This document shows positions 1 to 8,968 of a DNA stretch of 64,000 nucleotides, in pieces. A program made the translations under genes and the position numbers. The DNA lies in assembly GCA_035570415.1 (NCBI GenBank), contig DATMLP010000009.1, positions 10,644 through 74,643 of the forward strand, in the 5' to 3' direction. Every line of letters starts with the position of its first letter. Position 1 is the stretch's first letter. The stretch is from Solirubrobacteraceae bacterium. Lineage in GTDB: Bacteria; Actinomycetota; Thermoleophilia; Solirubrobacterales; Solirubrobacteraceae. Under the pieces are notes generated by a model, which had not been told where the DNA came from, searched no databases, and saw only the letters and a program-made list of their open reading frames with translations.

Positions 1-3000
1 GTTCTTTGAATTGGCCGTTACCGGAGCCTTCGGAGCCGTATGCCGCGATGAACGACCCGGTGGAGGAGAACTCCTCGATTCGGTTGTTTTTGGTGTCTGC
101 GACCCATACGTTTCCGCTGGGGTCTATCTTTAGGCCGTTTGGGCAGTCCAGTTCGCCGGGTTTGGTGCCGTATTTGCCGAAGGTGCGGATGAATGCGCCT
201 TTGGATGAAAGCTCTTGAATTCGGTTGTCTTCGCAGTCGGCGATGTATACGTTGCCTGTGCTTTGGTTTACGTCGATCCCGGTGGGGTGGCCGAACTCTC
301 GGTTGCCGGTGCCGTATGAGCCGTACGCCGCGATGAATTTGCCTTGGGCGGAGAGCTCCTCGACGCGGTGGTTGTTTTCGTCATCGGCCCAGACGTTGCC
401 GTGCCCATCAAACGCGACCCCGGTGGGGTAGTAGAATTGTCCTTCGCCGCTGCCGTATGAGCCGAACTGCGTTGAATAGGCCATGTGGCCCCCGCCGGTT
501 TCGGGTGGCAGCCACTCCTGCACACGGTAGTTGGCGAAGTCAACGGCGTATAGCGCCCCGGTCGAATTGAGCGCGACGCCGCGCGGCTCGTTGAAACGGC
601 CGTTGGTGCTCCCGTAGAGGCCGAATGTCGTTAGGAACTTCCCTGCTGGGGTGAACTCCTCGATACGACTGTTGTTGCTGTCAGACACGTAGAGGTCGCC
701 CGTCGTCGTGTTCACGCCGATGCCGAACGGTTCTTTGAACTGTCCTTCGCCGCTGCCTTCGCTGCCGAACTGCCCAAGGTAGGTTCCTGAGGTCGAGAAC
801 TCCTCAACGCGGCTGTTTCCAGCATCCACAACGTAAATGTCGCCTTCGGCGATCGTAAGACTAGTGGGGCTATCCAGCTGCCCCGGCCCGGAGCCTTTGC
901 TGGCGAAGCCTTTGATATAGGTGCCGGTAGCGGAGAACTCCTCGACCCGGTCAGCGGCCAAATCGAGCACCCACACGTTCCCGTTAGCGTCGATCGTGAC
1001 GCCGCTCGGCTGTTCCAGTTTACCTTCGCCGCTGGACCCGAAAGTTCGCACAAACCCCCCGGAGGAGTTCAGCTCCTCAACCCGCGAGTTACTCAGATCG
1101 CACACATATACGTTGCCCGTGCTCTGGTTGACAGCGATTCCCGCCGGGTTTGAGAACTCTAGTTCGCCGGAGCCAGTCGACCCGTACGCCGCGATGAACG
1201 ACCCCGCGGGCGTGAACTTCTCGACTCGGTTGTTGGTCTGGTCGGTAACCCACACATCCCCGGTTGCATCGACTGCGACCCCCATCGGTTCGCTGAACTG
1301 GCCGCCGCCAGATCCTTTGCCCCCGAACGCCGTTGAGAACGCCAGCGGTGCAACGGCCTGCGATGTCCCGGCCGGTGACTTCGTCGCGATTACGTTCCCA
1401 GTCGTTTCGTTGTATTCGGTCGTGGTGGTCAGATCAAGGCCAGTCGCGTCGGTCGTCACCGAAGTTGGCTTGCGCAGTGTCCACCCGAGTTCTTTCTGCC
1501 CCGAGTAGGACGTGACGGTCGTCCGGACGTCCGCTTCTTTGCCTTCGTACTGCGCCCCATCGGTCGTCTTGGTTACGAGGGAGTATCCTTCGCCGGTTTC
1601 TGGGGCGCCTTCATTGTAGTGGTAAACCATGTGGTTGCGCGCGAGCACTTCGCTGCCGGAAGCGAGCTTGACTTTGTGTTCCGGCCCAAGCGTTTCGATG
1701 AGTTGCCCACCCGGATTGTATGTGCTTTTGGCTTCAAGCTTCGCTGCCGTTTCAGCGGATTTACAGTGTTCTTTTGATTCGCAGCTTTCTTTCAAGGCAG
1801 CCGCTCGATTATCTGCGCTCAGTGTTCGGTCGGGCTCGTTCAGTTCGTTGTATTCGGTGGTCGCTATTCCTCCGGTCGGCGCCGCGGCGTTGACTGTGCG
1901 GCCCTCAGCATCGAGGTATTGGATCGTGGCGCGTTTGTAGCTGCCGGCGGGCCAGCCCTGGGGCTCGTCCGGCGGGAAGATCGCCATCCCTTCCACAGGT
2001 AGATCTTTCGTCTGCCCCCATTTCCAGGCTTCGCCTTCCAGGTTGTACGGGGCTCGCGACCCGGATGTGGGTACGCCATACTCAACCGTCCATACCGAGC
2101 TTTCTCCGACTGTCGGAGGGCTGGGTATGGGCTCTTCAGATAGTTCTCCAGTGCCACCCACTTCGGGTCCGCCAGCAAAATTACATTTCCCGGCGAGATT
2201 CGCGGTGCATGATGCGGTGGAGCCGGCCGCGTTAGTCGCAGTGACGGTCACCAGCAGTTTTTTGCCTCGGTCACGACTGAGCGGGGTATACGTCGCATTC
2301 ACTGCTCCTTCGATCGGGGCGCATCGATATACCAGGCTTTCGCCGACCGTTTCAGACCAGCATCTCTCCCACTGATAACTATAACTCAGCGGGCTGTTGC
2401 TCCACGTTCCCTTGTTGACCGTGACGGCTTCGCCGACCTTGGGTTTCGTGGTCGACAGCGATGGTTCGGTCGTGACCTGCGGAGCTTCACCGCTGCCCAG
2501 CGTGGTTCGGGCGCTTGGGCGCGTGACGGAGATGACTCGTCCTAGACTTGGATCCCCCGCGGTCGTGCCATACGTAATGACCCAGGGCTGCTGGCCGGCG
2601 CGGGTAACGGCGGTTACGTGCCCTTCGGCGTCGTATCCGTAGATCGTCTTCAGCGCAGGCGAGATGCGGGGGTCCCACTCGGCGCGTAGCCTACCTTTGC
2701 TGTCGTAGGCATACTGGGCGACGGTAGTTTCGGTCATTTCCCCTTTGGAGGAGTTCCATGCGGTGAAGTAGACCCTCGTCAGGCGCCCCTTGTAGTCGCC
2801 CCACTGGGATTCGTTTTCCCCGGTCGCCGTCGTGCTCGTGGCGTAGTTGAAGGTCAGCGCGCGGCAGCCCTTTTCCAGTTTCGGGGCGCACGAGACTCCC
2901 GGCGGCGCCGGGGCCAGCGCCTCGGAGGGCTCAAGGACGACTTCTTCGCCGACTTCGGCGGTCTGGTATGCATAGGTTGTCCTTGCGCTGGGGATCGGGC

Positions 3001-6000
3001 CTTCGCCGATGCTCGGCAGCCACTGCGAGCGCGCCCACTCCTCGACACGGCTCCCGGCCGCGTCCGCTACGTAAATGTTCCCTGCGGTACTTACCGCGAT
3101 ACCGGCCGGACCAGAAAACTGCTCGCTGCCGGTGCCCGAGGCGCCGAACTTGGTGATGAAACTGCCGGCAGCGCTGAATTCCTCGACACGCTTATTGCCG
3201 TTATCGACAACGTACAGATTCCCGGTCGCCGGTTCGGTCGCGATCCCGTAGGGGCCTTTGAATTCGCCGTTACCGGACCCAGCTTTCCCGAACTGCGATT
3301 CGTATTTGCCAGCCATCGAAAACTTCGCGACGTGGTTGCTGGCGTAGTCGGTCACATACATGTATCCGCCCGAGAACGCTATATTCGACGGGCCCGACCC
3401 TTCCGAGCCGAACGCTTTCTGAAAGACACCCGTTTCGTTGAACTCTTCGATCCGATTGTTGCCATAGTCGGCGACCCACACGTTCCCGCTCGAGTCAACC
3501 GCAACCCCGGCAAGAATCCCGAACTGTCCAGGGCTGGTGCCTTTTTCGCCAAACGACATGATGAATTTCCCCGTCGAGGAGAACTCATCGACCCTGTAGT
3601 TCCCCTGGTCGGTGACATACACGTCCCCGTTGCTTTGGTTGACAGCGATGCCCCACGGATGCTCGAACTGGCCAGGTTCGGAGCCGTAGGAGCCGTAAGC
3701 CGCCTGCAGCAGTCCAGTGGGCGAGAACTTCTCGATGCGGCTGTTCGCGAAGTCGGTCACCCAAAGGTTTCCGCTCGAATCCAGCGCCTCACCGATCGGT
3801 TCCTTCAGTTCTCCGGCCACTTCGGCACCGAACTGGGTGCTGAAGCTCGGGCGCTCGCCCACGGGCTGCGTGTAGTGCGTGGCAGTGCCACCGGAGGAGT
3901 CTCTGACGATGTATTCGGTGATGCCTTTCCCGGGTACTTTTTCCTTGGATTCGACCTTCAGGTTGCTGTCCCCCTGCGGCGATTCATATTCGCCTTTAGT
4001 GTTGCGAGAGAAGCTCGTCAGGGTGCCACCGGCCGCCTCGAGCTCTACCTCTCCCGTGGACAGCACGGACAGACCCTCGCCAGCGCCGCTGTTGATCGTC
4101 CATTGCGGCCCGAGCGGGCCTTCCGCGCCGCCCGTGAGGTTCCGCGACTGATAGGTTCGCGACACACCACTGACTCCGCTCAGCGATACATCGGTGGCGT
4201 TCAGTGTGAACTGTCCGGTGGTCGGGTCGACCGACCCAGGGCCGAGCGCAACCGGGGCGGCGTGACGCACATCGAAGAAGACTCGCCGGGGCTGCGAATT
4301 GCCGGCGTTATCGGTCGCGGTGATCGTGATCTCGTGTTCACCTTCGCTTAGGTCTTCAGCGTGCAGCGTCCATTCGCCTTTCCCGGTACATTCTCCAGGC
4401 GCGCAGGACGCTCCCGGCACTTCGGAAGGCTGTCCACCGTCGATCGACACAGTGATCGATTTGATCCCGGAGCTCGGAGTCGGTTTGGTGCCGTCGGTCG
4501 CTTCAAAGGTCAGGATGTGCGGCGCAGCGCTGATTTCGGCGCCTTCTTCAGCCATACCTTTCACCTGAACATTATACGGCTTGGCAGCATCAACTTTGAT
4601 CGTTGCGTATTCCTCCCCCACCATTCCGGCAGCATTCTCCGCGGAAAGTTTGATTGAATCTTCCCCATTTGCCATCGATGGTAGATACGTCAGCGCCTTG
4701 TTATAGGTCTCCGAACACTGAATCCCTTGGCAAGCGCCTTCTTCGTTGCGTATGAATTTCTCGTCGGACAGGCCCGCACCCGAAACGGCGGCAAGGCTCA
4801 CGCCGATACCAGGGTCATGAGTTTTGATTTCATACGCCCCTTGCGACGGGCTCAACCAGCTCCCGCTCCCATAAAGAACGTTCGCGCGGTTTGCCGCTTC
4901 GGTGATCGTCGGGCTCGTAGTGTTATAACTCGCTTCCGGGCTCTTTTCCTGGGCGACCCACGCACGCGCGTCCCAGACATACATCCAGAACCCATAGTCA
5001 CCTTCGCTCTTCGTCGTGGTATCAATGATACGCGCAACATTTCCCTCAGGCGCTTCCGACGGTTTGCAACCCGCGCCATTTGAGCACACAAGCGCCGGTT
5101 CGTAACTGTACTCGCTCTGGTGACTCCCGTAAGCGATCGGCGCGTAATTCGTCTGACCCACTCCTTCGTGACCATCGAATTCAATTCCCGTCGACGTTTC
5201 GCTCGGTTCGTTATCCCCTTTCATCCACGCTTCGAGCTTATACACCCTAGATTCGCCCTGAGTTTCATACTGCAACCCCACGACTTCTTTGGCGACATAC
5301 GAAGCCACCGGTTCAATCGACCACGACTGTTCACACCAGTACCTTTCGGTCCCACAGCTATAGTATTTCGTGTACGTTTTGGCGCTGAACGCACCCGAAT
5401 GGAATTCTAGCCAGTTAGTACCACCCTTATAGGGTTCGACCGGGAACACAGCCCCAGTCAAGCTCCGATCTTCAGTCGTCACGAGTTCGGGGTCAACCGC
5501 GATCGGCAACCGATAGTCATCCCAACTCCCGAGAACTTCGATACCGATCACATCGCCCCGCACGGACACCGCCAGCGGCACCTGCATTCCGGACGCGTCG
5601 CGCGCGCTCGGCGGCAGCAGCAGCGCGAGCACTCTTCCACCCTTGACAACTCGCACAGGCCCACGCCGACCCCAAGCCAGCGCCGCACCCGCCGGCATCC
5701 CAACACGGTAATACAGGCGCCGCACACTCGTCGACCGCAGGATCGCCGCGAGCTCAAATCCTCCACTCGTCGGCTTTGCAATCGCATCCGTGGCCGCCTG
5801 CGTATCGGCGTAGAAGACACTTGCTCCAGCGATAGACCCCTCGGCACCCCCAACCGCAGCCCCGGCCCCGTCGACGGGCGTGAGGGATACCCCGGTCCCG
5901 GGCGCCAGTACACCAGCGCCAATCCGCGCCGGCAAACGCACCGAAGTCACCGAAGATATCGGCGCAAAGCCACCGCGCACACGCCGCAGCCCAAGATCCA

Positions 6001-6472
6001 AAGGCTTATAGCGCCCATGGGACATCAGCCTCGCCATCGGCGCCGCCGATTCCACAACAGCGTGTTTGCCGCCCCGCAAGAGAACCTTCGCCACATTCGC
6101 CCCCGCGAACCCCGCAAGCCGCGCGCCCGCTGGCAGGTGTGGCAGCCCACCACCCGAGTCATCGACCAATCCACCGAACGCGCTACGTGCCACTCCGGCA
6201 GCCTGCGCGGAGCTCAAATGCGCGAACCGCGTCAAGCTCTCTCCGCGCACGGCCACAGCCGCGGGACTCGCCCACAGCGCCCACTGCACACTCGCCGCCT
6301 GCCCACCAAAGAACAGTTCCGCCCCAGGAATCACCAACGGGCGCACCAACGGTGTCCGGCTCGCGGCAACCGAACTCCTGGGAAGAGCCGCCTGCGCGTC
6401 AGCACACCACAAGACAATGCCGAGTGACAAGCACACCAAACACCTAAACAGCGATCCCCATACAACACGCAT
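1..6472 (-). CDS. Giant secreted RHS/YD-repeat protein with two embedded NHL beta-propeller blocks (N-terminal ~2157 codons; C-terminus lies beyond the left window edge)
   Basis: Absent from the ORF track because no stop falls inside the window. My reverse-strand translation from the ATG at 6472 runs stop-free to base 1 (2157 codons + 1 nt). AAGGAG lies 8 nt upstream of the ATG. The N-terminus MRVVWGSLFRCLVCLSLGIVLWCADAQA looks like a signal peptide. It has an RHS entry motif (GQFTLNATDVSLSGVSGVSRTYQSRN), YD motifs (YAYDSKGRLRAEWDP, IYGYDAEGHVTAVT, IQYLDAEGRTV) and an Ig-like unit (GTWSNSPLSYSYQWERC). Many NHL units (GSGNGQF..P.GIA.D..GN.YV.D..NNRI.EFS) occur at ~3040-3815 and ~1-1345. Confidence 0.8.
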   Translation of the reverse strand, partial: MRVVWGSLFRCLVCLSLGIVLWCADAQAALPRSSVAASRTPLVRPLVIPGAELFFGGQAASVQWALWASPAAVAVRGESLTRFAHLSSAQAAGVARSAFGGLVDDSGGGLPHLPAGARLAGFAGANVAKVLLRGGKHAVVESAAPMARLMSHGRYKPLDLGLRRVRGGFAPISSVTSVRLPARIGAGVLAPGTGVSLTPVDGAGAAVGGAEGSIAGASVFYADTQAATDAIAKPTSGGFELAAILRSTSVRRLYYRVGMPAGAALAWGRRGPVRVVKGGRVLALLLPPSARDASGMQVPLAVSVRGDVIGIEVLGSWDDYRLPIAVDPELVTTEDRSLTGAVFPVEPYKGGTNWLEFHSGAFSAKTYTKYYSCGTERYWCEQSWSIEPVASYVAKEVVGLQYETQGESRVYKLEAWMKGDNEPSETSTGIEFDGHEGVGQTNYAPIAYGSHQSEYSYEPALVCSNGAGCKPSEAPEGNVARIIDTTTKSEGDYGFWMYVWDARAWVAQEKSPEASYNTTSPTITEAANRANVLYGSGSWLSPSQGAYEIKTHDPGIGVSLAAVSGAGLSDEKFIRNEEGACQGIQCSETYNKALTYLPSMANGEDSIKLSAENAAGMVGEEYATIKVDAAKPYNVQVKGMAEEGAEISAAPHILTFEATDGTKPTPSSGIKSITVSIDGGQPSEVPGASCAPGECTGKGEWTLHAEDLSEGEHEITITATDNAGNSQPRRVFFDVRHAAPVALGPGSVDPTTGQFTLNATDVSLSGVSGVSRTYQSRNLTGGAEGPLGPQWTINSGAGEGLSVLSTGEVELEAAGGTLTSFSRNTKGEYESPQGDSNLKVESKEKVPGKGITEYIVRDSSGGTATHYTQPVGERPSFSTQFGAEVAGELKEPIGEALDSSGNLWVTDFANSRIEKFSPTGLLQAAYGSYGSEPGQFEHPWGIAVNQSNGDVYVTDQGNYRVDEFSSTGKFIMSFGEKGTSPGQFGILAGVAVDSSGNVWVADYGNNRIEEFNETGVFQKAFGSEGSGPSNIAFSGGYMYVTDYASNHVAKFSMAGKYESQFGKAGSGNGEFKGPYGIATEPATGNLYVVDNGNKRVEEFSAAGSFITKFGASGTGSEQFSGPAGIAVSTAGNIYVADAAGSRVEEWARSQWLPSIGEGPIPSARTTYAYQTAEVGEEVVLEPSEALAPAPPGVSCAPKLEKGCRALTFNYATSTTATGENESQWGDYKGRLTRVYFTAWNSSKGEMTETTVAQYAYDSKGRLRAEWDPRISPALKTIYGYDAEGHVTAVTRAGQQPWVITYGTTAGDPSLGRVISVTRPSARTTLGSGEAPQVTTEPSLSTTKPKVGEAVTVNKGTWSNSPLSYSYQWERCWSETVGESLVYRCAPIEGAVNATYTPLSRDRGKKLLVTVTATNAAGSTASCTANLAGKCNFAGGPEVGGTGELSEEPIPSPPTVGESSVWTVEYGVPTSGSRAPYNLEGEAWKWGQTKDLPVEGMAIFPPDEPQGWPAGSYKRATIQYLDAEGRTVNAAAPTGGIATTEYNELNEPDRTLSADNRAAALKESCESKEHCKSAETAAKLEAKSTYNPGGQLIETLGPEHKVKLASGSEVLARNHMVYHYNEGAPETGEGYSLVTKTTDGAQYEGKEADVRTTVTSYSGQKELGWTLRKPTSVTTDATGLDLTTTTEYNETTGNVIATKSPAGTSQAVAPLAFSTAFGGKGSGGGQFSEPMGVAVDATGDVWVTDQTNNRVEKFTPAGSFIAAYGSTGSGELEFSNPAGIAVNQSTGNVYVCDLSNSRVEELNSSGGFVRTFGSSGEGKLEQPSGVTIDANGNVWVLDLAADRVEEFSATGTYIKGFASKGSGPGQLDSPTSLTIAEGDIYVVDAGNSRVEEFSTSGTYLGQFGSEGSGEGQFKEPFGIGVNTTTGDLYVSDSNNSRIEEFTPAGKFLTTFGLYGSTNGRFNEPRGVALNSTGALYAVDFANYRVQEWLPPETGGGHMAYSTQFGSYGSGEGQFYYPTGVAFDGHGNVWADDENNHRVEELSAQGKFIAAYGSYGTGNREFGHPTGIDVNQSTGNVYIADCEDNRIQELSSKGAFIRTFGKYGTKPGELDCPNGLKIDPSGNVWVADTKNNRIEEFSSTGSFIAAYGSEGSGNGQFKE

Positions 6473-6657
6473 CGCCCGCTCCTTTCCGTGAGCCTGTAGC
6501 GCTCCTCAATCCGCCCGCCACGTAACGCGGGATACCCCTGGTCAAGCCTTCCTAGGCTGCACTGCCATGCACGCTGACTCACGAAAGACCGGCGGCGGCA
6601 TCGTGCCGGCCGGTCACCACAAGCCCTCCCAGACATTCGGCAGATCAATCTTATTCG

Positions 6658-6686
6658 ACATTATCCGATTGACCGCAAGGTGTCAA
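6658..6686 (-). promoter_or_regulatory. Putative sigma70/HrdB-type promoter for the giant RHS/NHL gene
   Basis: On the minus strand: TTGACA (6686-6681), a 17-nt spacer, then TAATGT (6663-6658). It sits in the only AT-enriched patch of the 260-bp LuxR-to-RHS intergenic region. The -35 element overlaps an inverted repeat gcaagg-N7-ccttgc. This would give a ~175-nt leader before the ATG at 6472. Confidence 0.35.
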
Positions 6687-6732
6687 TCCTTGCAGCCAAA
6701 TTGATGGGGTGGTGACAACAAAGAACAGAAAA

Positions 6733-7029
6733 TTACTCTTTGCTCTCGTGGCTGTCACCGCGCGTAGGTGGCATCCCAGCCAGCCCAGGCCCCCGGAGAG
6801 GCCCCTCGCCGCCACTCGGTGCCACGAGCTTGCTACGGACACGACGGGCATGCCAGCGCGCCGTGTGCACACTGATACAGAGCGCCCGCGCGATCTCACC
6901 CTGCGAGTACCCGAGCTGCAAGCACTCATACACTTCCCGCTCGCGGGAAGTCAACACACTCAAATAGCAACACTCCGCAGCCACCGCTGCCCGCCCATCG
7001 CTGTTTGCGCGCTTGGGCGAGCGGTTCAT
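6733..7029 (-). CDS. LuxR/GerE-family HTH protein (DNA-binding domain only)
   Basis: 98 aa with a GerE-type HTH: LTSREREVYECLQLGYSQGEIARALCISVHTARWHARRVRSKL. No receiver or ligand domain. Its ATG overlaps the upstream IclR stop as ATGA. Confidence 0.7.
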   Translation of the reverse strand: MNRSPKRANSDGRAAVAAECCYLSVLTSREREVYECLQLGYSQGEIARALCISVHTARWHARRVRSKLVAPSGGEGPLRGPGLAGMPPTRGDSHESKE

Positions 7030-7892
7030 GCATTATCGCGCACTTCATCGGACCCCAGCCTTGGAGTGATCTGCTGAGCTGCTGCGGCTACTTCGGGGCC
7101 GAACCGGCTCGCCAGTTGCTCAAGCGTGTACTTGGAGGCGGGCGCGCTCAACTGGATCGCGGCGAGTGGCTGTCCGTCCTTGTCTACGATCGCCGCCGCC
7201 ACCGCGCGCCTGCCTGCACGGACCTCCTCATCCTCCAACGCTACCGATCGCGCGGCGTCTGCGCTGAATGCCGAGACGCCGATCCGCTCAAGTTCGGCCA
7301 GCAGGGCCGCCTTGCTGATAAGCGTCTTCGGTCCACACCGTTTCAGGCACAGATGCCTGATCGTCTGCTTCCGCTCGGCCGCCGGCAGATTCGCCAAGAG
7401 CGCCTTACCAGCGGCGGTGCAGTAGCTGGGCAGACGCGTGCCCAACCCGGTGCCGGCGTCGACCTCGTACTGTCCTTGGCCGGACCCATGCCAGTGATCG
7501 ATGCAGACCACGTCCCCTTCGGTCAGCACCCACAAACACGCGGTCCGTTCGGTCTGGTCCCTGAGTTCGCGTAGAGCCTCGCGGCTCGCCCGCCGTACGG
7601 GGATCGACTCGAGCATCGAGAGCCCGATATCCAGAACTTTGGCAGAGAGACGGTACTTGCGCCTGTCTGTCTGCTCCAAATACCCAAGCTCCCGGTGAGT
7701 GCTTGCGTACCTGTGAGCGGTTGAGCGCTCCAAACCGAGCGCCTCAGCCATCTCAGCGATTCCCCGCACCTGATGCTCCGCGGTAAAACACTGAAGCAGC
7801 GCCAAACCACAGACCAAGGAACTCGAGTAGCGGTAACGGCCCGGGTTCGCGCGATCGAGCAGCACACTTCTCACCGCGCACCTCCCGCACAC
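7026..7892 (-). CDS. IclR-family transcriptional regulator
   Basis: N-terminal IclR wHTH (LLQCFTAEHQVRGIAEMAEALGLERSTAHRYASTHRELGYLEQTDRRKYRLSAKVLDIG) plus a C-terminal effector-binding-type domain. An alternative GTG start at 7874 overlaps the upstream stop (GTGA) and may be the real start. Confidence 0.8.
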   Translation of the reverse strand: MCGRCAVRSVLLDRANPGRYRYSSSLVCGLALLQCFTAEHQVRGIAEMAEALGLERSTAHRYASTHRELGYLEQTDRRKYRLSAKVLDIGLSMLESIPVRRASREALRELRDQTERTACLWVLTEGDVVCIDHWHGSGQGQYEVDAGTGLGTRLPSYCTAAGKALLANLPAAERKQTIRHLCLKRCGPKTLISKAALLAELERIGVSAFSADAARSVALEDEEVRAGRRAVAAAIVDKDGQPLAAIQLSAPASKYTLEQLASRFGPEVAAAAQQITPRLGSDEVRDNA

Positions 7893-8761
7893 GGTAGCGA
7901 CGGCCGCTCGTCGGCACGTCGGTAGCCCAGCCTCGCAGAAAGATGGTCCGCAACACTGATCAGGTGCGGCCCAAGCCGCAGGAGATCCTTTAGCGAGATC
8001 GTCGAGATGTGAGCGTCGAAGCCGACCGCCGCAATCACCTCACATGATGAACGCACCGGCGCCGCGATCGAGTAACGCCCCTCGGCGAGCTCCTCATCTC
8101 CCACCACCAGGCTTTCGTCGCGGACGCGAATGAGCTCTTTGCGCAGCTTACCCTTGCTCATGATCGTCTTCGGCCCACGCTTCTTGAGCTTCATCTCCCG
8201 AATCAACTCCTGCTGTACCGGCTCGGGCAGCTGCGCTACCAGCAGCTTCCCCGCCGCCGTGCACCACACAGGCAGGCGCGACCCGACCTCCTGGCTAACA
8301 CCAATGCGTCGCGGGCCACGACGCCCCTGCACGCAATCCAACAGCACGATTTCGCTGCCATCAAGCGCAGCCAATATCACTGTAAACCCGCAGCGACGCA
8401 CCAGCTCCTCCACCAACGGGCGGGCATGCTCCCGCAAGGTCGTACTGCCCATCGCTGCCATACCCAACGTAGTGACCCGCACGGTGAGGCGGTACTTGCG
8501 TCTGGTGTCCTGCTTGAGGTATCCAAGCTTGGTAAGTGTCAGGACGTAGCGGTGAGTGGTACTGCGGCTCATCCCGAGCTCATCCGCTATATCGGCGATC
8601 CCCAACAACTGGCGCTCCGCGTTAAAACACGCCAGAATCGCCAGCCCTCGCTCAAGAGACTGTGAATATCGCGTTTCAGTCAGCGTTGGGACGTGAGCCG
8701 CCGGTTCACCGTACTGGTCGGTGCGCGGGGCGATCCGTTGACTCGACATTCTGGGCATCAC
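7871..8761 (-). CDS. IclR-family transcriptional regulator (tandem paralogue)
   Basis: YSQSLERGLAILACFNAERQLLGIADIADELGMSRSTTHRYVLTLTKLGYLKQDTRRKYRLTVRV is a classic IclR HTH, followed by an IclR C-terminal domain. Architecture and length match the downstream gene. Confidence 0.85.
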   Translation of the reverse strand: MMPRMSSQRIAPRTDQYGEPAAHVPTLTETRYSQSLERGLAILACFNAERQLLGIADIADELGMSRSTTHRYVLTLTKLGYLKQDTRRKYRLTVRVTTLGMAAMGSTTLREHARPLVEELVRRCGFTVILAALDGSEIVLLDCVQGRRGPRRIGVSQEVGSRLPVWCTAAGKLLVAQLPEPVQQELIREMKLKKRGPKTIMSKGKLRKELIRVRDESLVVGDEELAEGRYSIAAPVRSSCEVIAAVGFDAHISTISLKDLLRLGPHLISVADHLSARLGYRRADERPSLPCAGGAR

Positions 8762-8968
8762 ACCTGACTACCTTCCCGGCCGCTCGCCAGGCAAGCGCGG
8801 ACCGCAGCGTTCGTTGCCCCGGCTGCCCCGGCTGGCGAGATAGGCGTGGGGAATGCCCTCGCGCTGCCAGCGGGCTTGTGTTGCGCACCCTCTGCGTTCC
8901 ATGAGATGGGATCTTTATCGATGTTTGGGTGCACGAAAAGTCCCTGAGAGGATTAGTCATATATGGGA

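Noticed and set aside
3332-4351. 339-aa plus-strand ORF, plus the many other 60-200-aa ORFs between 6 and 6491
   Set aside because: All lie inside, or antisense to, the continuous 2157-codon RHS/NHL reading frame and show no motifs.
6473-6657. Possible riboswitch or leader element upstream of the RHS/NHL gene
   Set aside because: A GC hairpin is present, but I recognise no known riboswitch consensus. It is left as an unannotated leader.
8945-8965. Short AT-rich inverted repeat tagtc-N8-gacta upstream of the IclR operon as a putative IclR operator
   Set aside because: Only 5-bp arms, located ~190 bp from the start codon and right beside the stop of the DUF2600 gene. This is too weak to call without binding data.
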